Program-made: the position numbers and the translations under genes
Notes under the pieces: model-generated
The model's database searches: none
What the model was told of the DNA's origin: nothing
What the model saw: only the letters and a program-made list of their open reading frames with translations
Shown here: positions 11,301-19,258 of the stretch, in pieces
Layout of the letters: each line of letters begins with the position of its first letter
Position numbering within the stretch: position 1 is the stretch's first letter
From: a virus
Lineage: Duplodnaviria > Heunggongvirae > Uroviricota > Caudoviricetes
Length of the DNA: 64,000 nucleotides
Strand: one strand, 5' to 3'
Virus record (IMG/VR): IMGVR_UViG_3300012286_000299
Coordinates: 45,277 to 109,276 of that record

Positions 11301-12273
11301 TTCATCTTATGCTTTAACAGCATCATATGCTTTATCAAGCCCAGGAGGAGGAGGTTCACCAGGTGGTACAACAGGTCAATTACAATATAACAATGCAGGT
11401 GCTTTCGCAGGAACTCCAAACTTATTTATAACAGGAGGATTTTTAGCTACAACAGCCTCAACAGATCCTGGAGCACCACCAGCAGGAAGTATTGTAAATT
11501 ATGCTAAATCATTAGCAGGTAGAATTTTACCAAAGTTCAAAGGACCAAGTGGAATAGATTCAGCTTACCAGCCGGCTCTATTTGGTAATACAGTTATTAT
11601 GTGGTTGCCAGGTGGAGCAGCGACAGTCAGTATTGCATTTGGAATGACATACACTGCAAGAAATTTAGGTACTTCAGCTGCTCAATCACATCCAGCATTA
11701 ACTTCTACCAGCGATATAGCAGGGTTAACTAGAGCAAATTTTAGTACGGGTACAACAGCTACAGGAGCTTCTGGAGTACAAACATCAGGTACTGTAGCTT
11801 GGTTAGGTAATGCAACAGGTAGGGGAGGGTTTTTCTTTCAATCTAGATTTGGTGTAGAAACTGTGTCAGGAACTTATAGAGTAGCTGTTGGATTATCAGC
11901 AAATAACGCAGCGTTAGCAGCAGAACCTTCAACTATTAACAACTCAATTTGGCTAGGTAAGGATGAGTTAGATACAACTTGGCAAGTAATAACAAAAGGA
12001 GCAGGTACTGCAAATAAAATTAATACAGGTATAACAATAACAGCAGGACAAGTTCTCGATTTGTATATATTCTCGGCACCTAATAGTCAATCTGTAACAT
12101 TCTACATTAAAGATGCTATAGCAGGAACAGATTTATATGTAGGTACAGCAATTACAACTAATTTACCAGCTAATACAACATTTATGTATATGTCCACACT
12201 CATACAATCTGTAACGGGAACAACTGCAAAATTATTGGCATTAAATAAAATGTATTTAGAAAAAGACTTTTAA
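8362..12273 (+). CDS. Long tail fibre/spike-like protein
   Basis: 1303 aa, S/G/T/A-rich; two blocks of SASYA repeats; GGTTGQLQYNNAGAFAG motif; own ATATTTAT motif upstream. Confidence 0.7.
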   Translation: MNEFKIKNGLIVDQGGAVITGSLNVTQGITGSLLGTSSYATVAQTLLGSVVSASYAATASMLLGSVVSASYALVAQNVLGSITSASYSATASYVTPLTQTLTLTGSFNVSGSTTQIGTNNLLGQTNLSGSIIVSGTMQANANVTIGGTLRLDPAQDPGSINATASFLFTSASNTAQGYDLYYRQDGNLVKFKWLEGGISTGLLYGGVVSGSGSTIYVGSGSGIIMTSNANINSEISPQYTYVTWPAYSSSATYLTSSQNTYIYVDSLGVVHQQPNYFTETQYQEAICLGRATHANYTTITGVGSNVQTTYDSDAQQSEFIRAFGPLKINGLTITGQTGTLRLNIGAGQSYNLGGFYPQNPEHPSGYSSAAFLTASIARARLSGSNIILDNNAGAFYTVVDPTKYDDGSGVLQNVGTGNWTIQRVFVNPVSGRVVIYYGQTRYTTQLNALQYLNTDPFTEGEFTAKSLVFAGYLVLKGNTTDLTDSENTIIQSGIFRNTAGGSSTSGTVTLALDNLSDVTITTPTNGQALIYNSGVWENGTPISSSYAVTASYANNGVKNGVQYSIPVYTNGNTIITSSIFQSGSFTSIRNATAPEDPTNPDILYVNGDGITTKNLISAHGSINDYVQINVENYDAGTLASADVVATNDLGSYIDMGINSSGFNNPTFVGAAGDAYMYSTGENLYIGNATADKELILFNGGTNAQDNARMWVHNQGTVVIGGTGSYASGNPPALQINPLPGTTTYNIIQAQGNINDYAQIGVINLNTGSNSSTDIVAYNGSDPVLQLSGFIDMGINSPNYESNIDYPNWTSSDAYVYTDSPRMLIGSTGGVGDTTINFFIGSADVDADSRFKLRRSNTHELTGSLDATNGFIGNLTGTASFANSASYATVAQNVLGSITSASYAATASMLLGSIESASYATTASYATVAQTLLGSVVSASYAATASYVPTASYALTAQTLLGSVVSASYATTSSYSNTSVSSSYALTASYALSSPGGGGSPGGTTGQLQYNNAGAFAGTPNLFITGGFLATTASTDPGAPPAGSIVNYAKSLAGRILPKFKGPSGIDSAYQPALFGNTVIMWLPGGAATVSIAFGMTYTARNLGTSAAQSHPALTSTSDIAGLTRANFSTGTTATGASGVQTSGTVAWLGNATGRGGFFFQSRFGVETVSGTYRVAVGLSANNAALAAEPSTINNSIWLGKDELDTTWQVITKGAGTANKINTGITITAGQVLDLYIFSAPNSQSVTFYIKDAIAGTDLYVGTAITTNLPANTTFMYMSTLIQSVTGTTAKLLALNKMYLEKDF

Positions 12274-12275
12274 TC

Positions 12276-12482
12276 ATGATAACAAAATATTACTTAATTA
12301 GAAACACCGATAATAACCACTATTATACCGAAGACCACGGAGAACTCACTTCAGATAGGTGGTCATTATCAGTACAAGATGCATATAAGTTTTCAACATA
12401 TGCTGATGCTGAAGCTGAAATAGAAGTAGATGGAAGTCCCTATACAGAATTTATAATCCAAGAAATTTTAATAAAAACGTAA
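12276..12482 (+). CDS. Hypothetical protein
   Basis: 68 aa ORF tightly coupled to neighbours. Confidence 0.55.
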   Translation: MITKYYLIRNTDNNHYYTEDHGELTSDRWSLSVQDAYKFSTYADAEAEIEVDGSPYTEFIIQEILIKT

Positions 12483-12483
12483 A

Positions 12484-12819
12484 ATGGAATTTTTAGGATT
12501 TCTACTATTTATAGCAGCATTCATATTAATACTTCCTTTAACATTACTAAATTTTATTGTAGTAAAAAGTAAAAAAGGATATTTTCTAAGTACAGCTATA
12601 AATTTAGATATTTTTGCAAATAGAGAATTTAGAGCAACTTGGAATAAGTTTTTAAAAACTCCTGAAGGGTATGAATTTGGAAAACAAGGTGAAACAATTT
12701 CATCAGCATTAGGGAAAAACCAAAGAGATAATACATTAACCAAAACAGGTAAAGCATTATGTGCTTTTTTAGATTTTTTGGATAAAAATCACTGTAAAAA
12801 CTCAATTAGAGAATTATGA
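12484..12819 (+). CDS. Membrane-anchored hypothetical protein
   Basis: N-terminal hydrophobic helix; GETISSALGKNQRDNTLTKTGK motif. Confidence 0.6.
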   Translation: MEFLGFLLFIAAFILILPLTLLNFIVVKSKKGYFLSTAINLDIFANREFRATWNKFLKTPEGYEFGKQGETISSALGKNQRDNTLTKTGKALCAFLDFLDKNHCKNSIREL

Positions 12820-13187
12820 AAAATTTTTACATTGAATGTCCAATTTGTCCAATATTAAGAGACAACGTTGTTAGGTATGTAACAAATACCAAAAAAATAT
12901 TTACACCAGATTTTATAAAAGAAAATTACTACAAGCATTTAATATTCTCAGCAGTACTTACTTTCTTTGCAATTTGGTTTTTATTTGTTAATGCCTATTT
13001 AGGAGATACAGGAATCTTATTTCCAATTTTTATAGGAGGGTTTGGAGCTTATGCTGCTAATTTTGCTAGAGAATGGTATTATAGTAAATTCCACGGAGCA
13101 CCTTGGGATGGAGTAGATTTAGATATGGGAAGTTATGGAGGTATAATAGGAGCTAGTTTATTCCTGATCTCTCAATATTTATTATAA
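12816..13187 (+). CDS. Multi-pass membrane hypothetical protein
   Basis: About three hydrophobic segments; ATGA overlap with previous ORF. Confidence 0.55.
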   Translation: MKNFYIECPICPILRDNVVRYVTNTKKIFTPDFIKENYYKHLIFSAVLTFFAIWFLFVNAYLGDTGILFPIFIGGFGAYAANFAREWYYSKFHGAPWDGVDLDMGSYGGIIGASLFLISQYLL

Positions 13188-13201
13188 ATATAATACTATA
13201 A

Positions 13202-15193
13202 ATGGCTACAATAAGTACTTCAGGAATTTCCGCAGGGCAAATAATTCGTTCAGAACATTTACTAAGAGTAATAAACGCTTTAAATGGGGTTACTCCAATT
13301 GATATTATCATAACAGGATCATTATCAGTAACTGGATCTACTTCATTATCAGGTTCAACTTACTTAAAAGGAATACCTAATACTTCGAGAGCCAATGTAA
13401 TAACATATGATCCTACTACAGGACAATTATCATATTTAGATTCAGCTTCTTTAGGAGTTACAATGAGTATATCTCAACCAGGAGGCTCAAATACACAAAT
13501 ACAATATAATAGTGGAAGTGTATTAGCAGGTACTGGTTCTTTTACATTTAATTATAATCTTCAAAGTTTACAAAATGGATTAAATGTTTCTGCTTCTAAT
13601 ACTTATGCTCATGCTCAAGGTAATGCTACTACAGCTTCAGGACAATATTCACACGCTGAAGGAGCAACTACTAATGCTAAAGGTCTAGGTTCACACGCTG
13701 AAGGTACAGGTACTATAGCATCAGGGTCTTATTCACATGCTGAAGGTGCAGGTACTCTGGCATTAGCAGATCATTCTCATGCCGAAGGAAATAATACAAG
13801 AGCTACTCAATTAGGAGCTCATGCTGAAGGAGAAAGAACATTAGCTTCAAATTATTATGCACATGCTGAAGGGTATTATACTACAGCTTCAGGAATTTAT
13901 ACTCATACAGAAGGATACAATACAATAGCATCAGGTTCTTATTCACACGCTGAAGGAGAAAGTACATTAGCGTTAGGAGGTGGCTCACATGCTGAAGGAT
14001 ATAATACAACATCATCTGGAGCTTACTCACATGCCGAAGGTAGAGATACTATAGCTGCAGGAGGTAACTCACATGCTGAAGGAAGTAATACAATTACATA
14101 TGGAAATTTTTCACATGCTGAAGGAGTAGGGACAATAACATCAGGTTCATATCAACATGTTCAAGGGGCTTTCAATATATCATCATCAGCACAAAAAGCA
14201 TTTATTATAGGAAATGGGTATTCGGATGCTTTTAGAAGTAACTTAGTATTTGCATCCGGAAGTACATTTCAAGTAACAGGATCTTTACAAGTATTAGGTT
14301 CAATAACAGGTTCATTATTTGGAACATCATCATGGGCTTTAAATGAATTAGTATCTTCTTCACTTATTGATTCTTATATAGGAACTAGAATATTTCCTTC
14401 AAATACTTCATCTAATGGATTTGCAATTAATAGAAATGTAAATGGAGCTGTAGGATTAACTATTAAAAATTCAGATACAAGTGGTAATGGAGCTTATAGC
14501 GCAGTATCATTAACTCCTTCAGGAAGTTGGTATGATACGGGTTCTGCTTTTATATATTTTAATGGAGGGTATTACGTAAGTTCATTACGAAATACTGGTG
14601 GTATATTTTCATCTGTAAACACTAACATATTATTAACTAGTAATAAAGACTTTTCAGTACAAACTGGAAATGATATATCAACACTTTCAACTAAATTTAG
14701 AGTTAGTGGAATTGGTAATGTTTATATACCTGCAGGAAATTTAGAAATAACTGGTTCTTCAATTATAACAGGTTCTTTAATTATAACTGGTTCCCAATTT
14801 ACAACGGGGAATAGTAGTATAGGTACTACTATGGTTATAGGTTCTACAACTCAAGGACAAATATTAGGAAATTCTGCATTATTACTTTATAGAGGTCAAT
14901 CCAATACTGCATTTACTTTAGGTAACCCTGGAATAGGTCAAACTAATGATATTATTATAGATAACACCTTAGGCTCTTTTATTTCTTCTTCAGGGTTTTT
15001 ATCTTTAAATACTCCAACAGGGAGTTTAACTTTAAATGGGTCAGGTTCAGTTACAATTAATGATATATTAGTACTAACACCTAGAACCACAACTCCTACT
15101 TTACCAACAGCAGGTATGACAATAGTATCGGGTTCAGGAGTAGATCAACATATTTATTGCTATCTAAATAGCACATGGAAACAATTAGATTAA
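13202..15193 (+). CDS. Fibre/adhesin with YadA-head-like beta-roll repeats
   Basis: 14 tandem 14-aa units with S-H-A-E-G core; PGGSNTQIQYNSG motif. Confidence 0.75.
   Translation: MATISTSGISAGQIIRSEHLLRVINALNGVTPIDIIITGSLSVTGSTSLSGSTYLKGIPNTSRANVITYDPTTGQLSYLDSASLGVTMSISQPGGSNTQIQYNSGSVLAGTGSFTFNYNLQSLQNGLNVSASNTYAHAQGNATTASGQYSHAEGATTNAKGLGSHAEGTGTIASGSYSHAEGAGTLALADHSHAEGNNTRATQLGAHAEGERTLASNYYAHAEGYYTTASGIYTHTEGYNTIASGSYSHAEGESTLALGGGSHAEGYNTTSSGAYSHAEGRDTIAAGGNSHAEGSNTITYGNFSHAEGVGTITSGSYQHVQGAFNISSSAQKAFIIGNGYSDAFRSNLVFASGSTFQVTGSLQVLGSITGSLFGTSSWALNELVSSSLIDSYIGTRIFPSNTSSNGFAINRNVNGAVGLTIKNSDTSGNGAYSAVSLTPSGSWYDTGSAFIYFNGGYYVSSLRNTGGIFSSVNTNILLTSNKDFSVQTGNDISTLSTKFRVSGIGNVYIPAGNLEITGSSIITGSLIITGSQFTTGNSSIGTTMVIGSTTQGQILGNSALLLYRGQSNTAFTLGNPGIGQTNDIIIDNTLGSFISSSGFLSLNTPTGSLTLNGSGSVTINDILVLTPRTTTPTLPTAGMTIVSGSGVDQHIYCYLNSTWKQLD
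13594..14168 (+). repeat. Tandem 42-bp coding repeat (14 x HAEG unit)
   Basis: Recurrent TCACATGCTGAAGG/TCACACGCTGAAGG every 42 bp. Confidence 0.85.
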
Positions 15194-15208
15194 AATTAAA
15201 ATAACGTT

Positions 15209-15460
15209 ATGATAAAAGCAACAAAATTAAAAGAAACAGAGTTACAAGAATTACAAGATTTTCAAACACAATCTGAAAATTTAATTGCTCAATTAGGTCA
15301 ATTGGGATTTAAAAAACTTCAAATTGAAAGAGAAGAACAATTTTTAAAACAACAATATACTCAAATAATATCATCTGAAACAGAGTTAAGCAAAAAACTT
15401 AAAGAAACATATGGTGATATTTCAGTAGATTTAAAAACAGGCGAGATAACGTATTCCTAA
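15209..15460 (+). CDS. Small coiled-coil protein (possible fibre chaperone)
   Basis: Heptad-rich 83 aa, ends GDISVDLKTGEI; follows last fibre gene. Confidence 0.5.
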   Translation: MIKATKLKETELQELQDFQTQSENLIAQLGQLGFKKLQIEREEQFLKQQYTQIISSETELSKKLKETYGDISVDLKTGEITYS

Positions 15461-15530
15461 AATACAGGTTTTGAGCCTTTTTTTAATATTTATTATCAAA
15501 TGATTAACAATAAAACAAAAATAACAAAAA

Positions 15531-17609
15531 ATGGCTGAAACTTTATTATCTCCAGGTGTTCTAACTAGAGAAAATGACCAATCACAGATTACTCAAGGCC
15601 CTATCACTGCCGGTGCGGCTATAGTAGGACCTACAGTATCAGGTCCTGTTAGAATTCCAACTTTAGTCACTTCTTATAGTGACTATTTAAATAAGTTCGG
15701 TGGGTCTTTCATCAGTGGTGGGACATCTTACGAATACTTAACATCAATCTCCGCTTATAATTATTTCCAACAAGGTGGGACTACTTTATTAGTACAAAGA
15801 GCAGTAAGTGGTACATTCTTACCTGCAACTTCTAGTGCTACTAATAACATATCTTTAGTAACAGGTTCTGTTGCTTCTGCTTCATTTACTGTATTAAATT
15901 CTAGTACGGCTTCATGGAATCAAATTCAAATTAATGCTACAACAGCTGTAGGTAGTGTTAATTATACAATTTATAATTATCCTTATGCTGCTACTGGATC
16001 TTATTTTGAAGGAACTAATTTTATTTATTTAGGTGTAGGGAACGGAACAAATGATGGTGCTAATGTTGTAACATCAACAGGTAGCTGGGCAGGGTATGTA
16101 GTAAATGCAGTTAATAATGGAACAAGTGGAATATCAAATTATTTCTCAGCTTCATTCTTAGGTGGGAATTTAACTTTTTATACAGATGCTACAGGTACTT
16201 CACAAAATAGTTTTACACTTACTAGTAGTTTTGGTGTAGGAACTCCATTAACACAATCATTTACAGGAGGTACAAATGGTACTCCAAATACAGTATTTGT
16301 ATTAGAAACTTTATCACAAGGTGCTATTAATAATAGTTATAGTACTGAAGGAACCAACAATACTTTATTATCAGGTTCAACTAATAATGTTAGATATGAA
16401 TTATTAAATGTTAGCTCAGGTAGTGGTACATTTGATTTATTAATTAGAAGAGGAGATGATAATATCAATTCTAAAGTAATATTAGAACAATGGACAGGTT
16501 TATCATTAGATCCAAATCAACCAAACTATATTGAAGCAGTAATTGGTAATCAATATACTACTACAGATAACGGATATACTCAAACAACAGGTGATTATAC
16601 TAACAAATCAAGATATGTAAGAGTAAAATCAGTAGCTTACACTACTCCAAACTATTTTGATAATAATGGCACACCAGTATCTTCTTATACATCATCTTTA
16701 CCAACTGCTCAAAGTGGTTCATTTGGTGGAGCTTTAGGAACTAATTGTGCTGTTTATGGTTTATCAAATTCAGATTATACTTCATCAATTACTTTATTAA
16801 GCAATACTGATGAATTTAAATTTAATTTAATTACTACTCCAGGTATTACAGCTACCACAGGAAATGCGATTATTACTTCATTAACTAATATGGCTTCTGA
16901 TAGAGGTGATTGTATAGCAATTGTAGATATGTCAGCTTTTGGAAATAATATTGCTACAGTAATTAACAATGCAACATCAGTTGATAGTTCATATGCTGCA
17001 ACATATTATCCATGGGTACAAATTAGTGCTCCTAATACAGGAAAATTAACATGGGTTCCACCATCAACAATTATCCCAAGTGTTTATGCTTATAATGATA
17101 GAGTAGGTGCTCCATGGTTTGCTCCTGCAGGATTTACAAGAGGTGGATTAAGTGTAATTCAAGCTGAAAGAAAATTAGCTCCATCTGATAGAGATTTATT
17201 ATACGCTGGTAAAGTTAATTCATTAGCTACATTCCCAGGACAAGGTGTAGTAGCATATGGTCAGAAAACATTACAGAAAAAAGCATCAGCTTTAGATAGA
17301 GTAAATGTAAGAAGATTATTAATTGAATTAAAATCATACATTGGTCAAATAGCTAACGGATTAGTATTTGAACAAAATACAGCTGCTACTAGAAATAGAT
17401 TCTTAAGACAAGTAAATCCATATCTTGAATCAATTCAACAAAGACAAGGTGTGTACGCTTATAAAGTAGTGATGGATGAATCAAATAATACTCCTGATGT
17501 AATTGATAGAAATCAATTATTAGGTCAAATTTTCATTCAACCTACTAGAACTGCTGAGTTTATTATACTAGACTTTAATGTTACACCAACAGGTGCAACT
17601 TTTGCATAA
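15531..17609 (+). CDS. Contractile tail sheath protein
   Basis: N-terminal SPGVLTREND; YAATYYPWVQ, WFAPAGFTRG, YGQKTLQ, LDRVNVRRLLI, IQPTRTAEFIILDF. Confidence 0.95.
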   Translation: MAETLLSPGVLTRENDQSQITQGPITAGAAIVGPTVSGPVRIPTLVTSYSDYLNKFGGSFISGGTSYEYLTSISAYNYFQQGGTTLLVQRAVSGTFLPATSSATNNISLVTGSVASASFTVLNSSTASWNQIQINATTAVGSVNYTIYNYPYAATGSYFEGTNFIYLGVGNGTNDGANVVTSTGSWAGYVVNAVNNGTSGISNYFSASFLGGNLTFYTDATGTSQNSFTLTSSFGVGTPLTQSFTGGTNGTPNTVFVLETLSQGAINNSYSTEGTNNTLLSGSTNNVRYELLNVSSGSGTFDLLIRRGDDNINSKVILEQWTGLSLDPNQPNYIEAVIGNQYTTTDNGYTQTTGDYTNKSRYVRVKSVAYTTPNYFDNNGTPVSSYTSSLPTAQSGSFGGALGTNCAVYGLSNSDYTSSITLLSNTDEFKFNLITTPGITATTGNAIITSLTNMASDRGDCIAIVDMSAFGNNIATVINNATSVDSSYAATYYPWVQISAPNTGKLTWVPPSTIIPSVYAYNDRVGAPWFAPAGFTRGGLSVIQAERKLAPSDRDLLYAGKVNSLATFPGQGVVAYGQKTLQKKASALDRVNVRRLLIELKSYIGQIANGLVFEQNTAATRNRFLRQVNPYLESIQQRQGVYAYKVVMDESNNTPDVIDRNQLLGQIFIQPTRTAEFIILDFNVTPTGATFA

Positions 17610-17648
17610 GGATAGATTCGTTTAATATTTATAATAAAATAAAACAAC

Positions 17649-18137
17649 ATGGCAGTATTAAACCCTAACGAAATAATGTTCACTGCATTTGAACCTAAAG
17701 TATCAAATAGATTCATAATGTATATTGATGGGATTCCGGCTTATATGATTAAAAAAGCTTCAGCTCCGGGATTCGATGCAGGTGAAATCACACTAGATCA
17801 CATAAATGTTTACCGTAAAATAAAAGGTAAAGTTAGATGGAACGATGTTCAAATCTCATTATATGACCCAATTGCTCCAGCAGGATCACAAGCAGTAATG
17901 GAATGGATGCGTTTATCTCACGAATCTGTAACAGGTAGAGATGGATATTCAGATTTCTATAAAAAAGACTTAACATTCAATGTTTTAGGTCCTGTAGGTG
18001 ATGTAGTTGGTGAATGGATCATAAAAGGTGCATTTGTTAAAACAGCAACATTCGGAGACTATGATTGGTCACAAGGAGAAGCTGCTATTGAAATCAACTG
18101 TACACTAGCAATGGATTATTGTATCTTAAATTTCTAA
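17649..18137 (+). CDS. Tail tube protein (gp19-like)
   Basis: FEPKVSNRF, LYDPIAP, LGPVGDVVGEW; follows sheath. Confidence 0.9.
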   Translation: MAVLNPNEIMFTAFEPKVSNRFIMYIDGIPAYMIKKASAPGFDAGEITLDHINVYRKIKGKVRWNDVQISLYDPIAPAGSQAVMEWMRLSHESVTGRDGYSDFYKKDLTFNVLGPVGDVVGEWIIKGAFVKTATFGDYDWSQGEAAIEINCTLAMDYCILNF

Positions 18138-18157
18138 TTAAGAAAAATAAAAGTAAA

Positions 18158-18186
18158 AGAGCTCACATTAATTGTGAGCTTTTTTT
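18158..18186 (+). terminator. Intrinsic terminator
   Basis: AGAGCTCAC-ATTAATT-GTGAGCT plus T run. Confidence 0.85.
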
Positions 18187-18223
18187 ATTTCACTATATTT
18201 ATATATAAACACTAAAATAATTT

Positions 18224-18970
18224 ATGGACAATCAAGTTACAAAACCAAAATTTCCTACCGAAATGGTAGAATTACCTTCAAAGGGTCTTTTATATCCTAA
18301 AGATAATCCTCTTTCAAATGGTCAAATCGAAATGAAATATATGACTGCTAGAGAAGAAGATATCTTAACTAACTCAAATTACATCCAACAAGGTACTGTT
18401 TTAGATAAACTATTAGAATCACTTATTATTTCTAAAGTAGATTTAAAAGATATCATTATTGGAGATAAAAATGCGATTTTAATTGCTTCTCGTATTTTAG
18501 GTTACGGGAAAGATTATGAATTTGAATCAGGTGGAAAACATTACAATGTAGACTTAACTACATTAAAAGACAAAGAATTACCTGAAGACGTAGACTATAC
18601 TAAAGGAAATAACTTCTTTTACACATTACCAGCATCAGGTGTAGAAGTTGGATTTAAACTATTAACACATGGTGACGAATCTGCGATAGAGTCTGAGTTA
18701 AAAGGGCTGAAAAAGATATATCCAAATGGTGGTGTACCTGAATTATCTACTCGTTTAAAATACATGATTACTTCAGTTGGTGGTAACACAGATAGAAAAG
18801 TAGTTAGAGAATTTATTGATAATGAATTGTTAGCTAGAGATTCAAGATCATTACGTCAAGAAATTAAACGAATTTCTCCTGATGTAGATTTAACAATTCA
18901 AGGTGATGGTGGGGAGGACATCACACTTCCTATTTCTTTAAACTTTTTTTGGCCTGACATCAACTTATAG
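18224..18970 (+). CDS. Baseplate hub/tail assembly chaperone (gp26-like)
   Basis: VELPSKGLLYP, IEMKYMTAREEDIL, GDKNAILIASRILGYG; between tube and tape measure. Confidence 0.7.
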   Translation: MDNQVTKPKFPTEMVELPSKGLLYPKDNPLSNGQIEMKYMTAREEDILTNSNYIQQGTVLDKLLESLIISKVDLKDIIIGDKNAILIASRILGYGKDYEFESGGKHYNVDLTTLKDKELPEDVDYTKGNNFFYTLPASGVEVGFKLLTHGDESAIESELKGLKKIYPNGGVPELSTRLKYMITSVGGNTDRKVVREFIDNELLARDSRSLRQEIKRISPDVDLTIQGDGGEDITLPISLNFFWPDINL

Positions 18971-18989
18971 AATAAATTTATTCTCCCAA

Positions 18990-19223
18990 ATGAATGAAAT
19001 AGTATTTCATGGTAAGGGAGGATATACTTGGGATACTGTTTATGAAATGCCTATTTGGCTTAGGAATTTTACCTTTAAGAAATTAAAAGAATGGTATGAT
19101 AAAGAGCAAGAACAAATAGAAACACAAAATAACCAGTTAACAAACAAAAATGCAGCCCAAGTAGCTAGACCTAATATCCCACCAACAAGTACATATAATG
19201 CAACAGTGCCTACTAAAAAGTAG
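18990..19223 (+). CDS. Tail chaperone C-terminal extension (probably expressed by +1 frameshift from upstream gene)
   Basis: Frame is open from 18942, overlapping the end of the upstream ORF at a T7 run. Confidence 0.6.
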   Translation: MNEIVFHGKGGYTWDTVYEMPIWLRNFTFKKLKEWYDKEQEQIETQNNQLTNKNAAQVARPNIPPTSTYNATVPTKK

Positions 19224-19232
19224 GCACTTTTT
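19205..19232 (+). terminator. Intrinsic terminator
   Basis: AGTGCCTACT-AAAA-AGTAGGCACT plus T run. Confidence 0.85.
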
Positions 19233-19258
19233 ATATTTATACTATATACTAAGTTATT

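Noticed and set aside
5906-15193. Diversity-generating retroelement acting on fibre genes
   Set aside because: No reverse transcriptase and no template/variable repeat pair differing at adenines
18937-18957. -1 frameshift at the canonical T TTA AAC heptamer
   Set aside because: The -1 frame stops at TGA 18955-57; the downstream ORF is in the +1 frame
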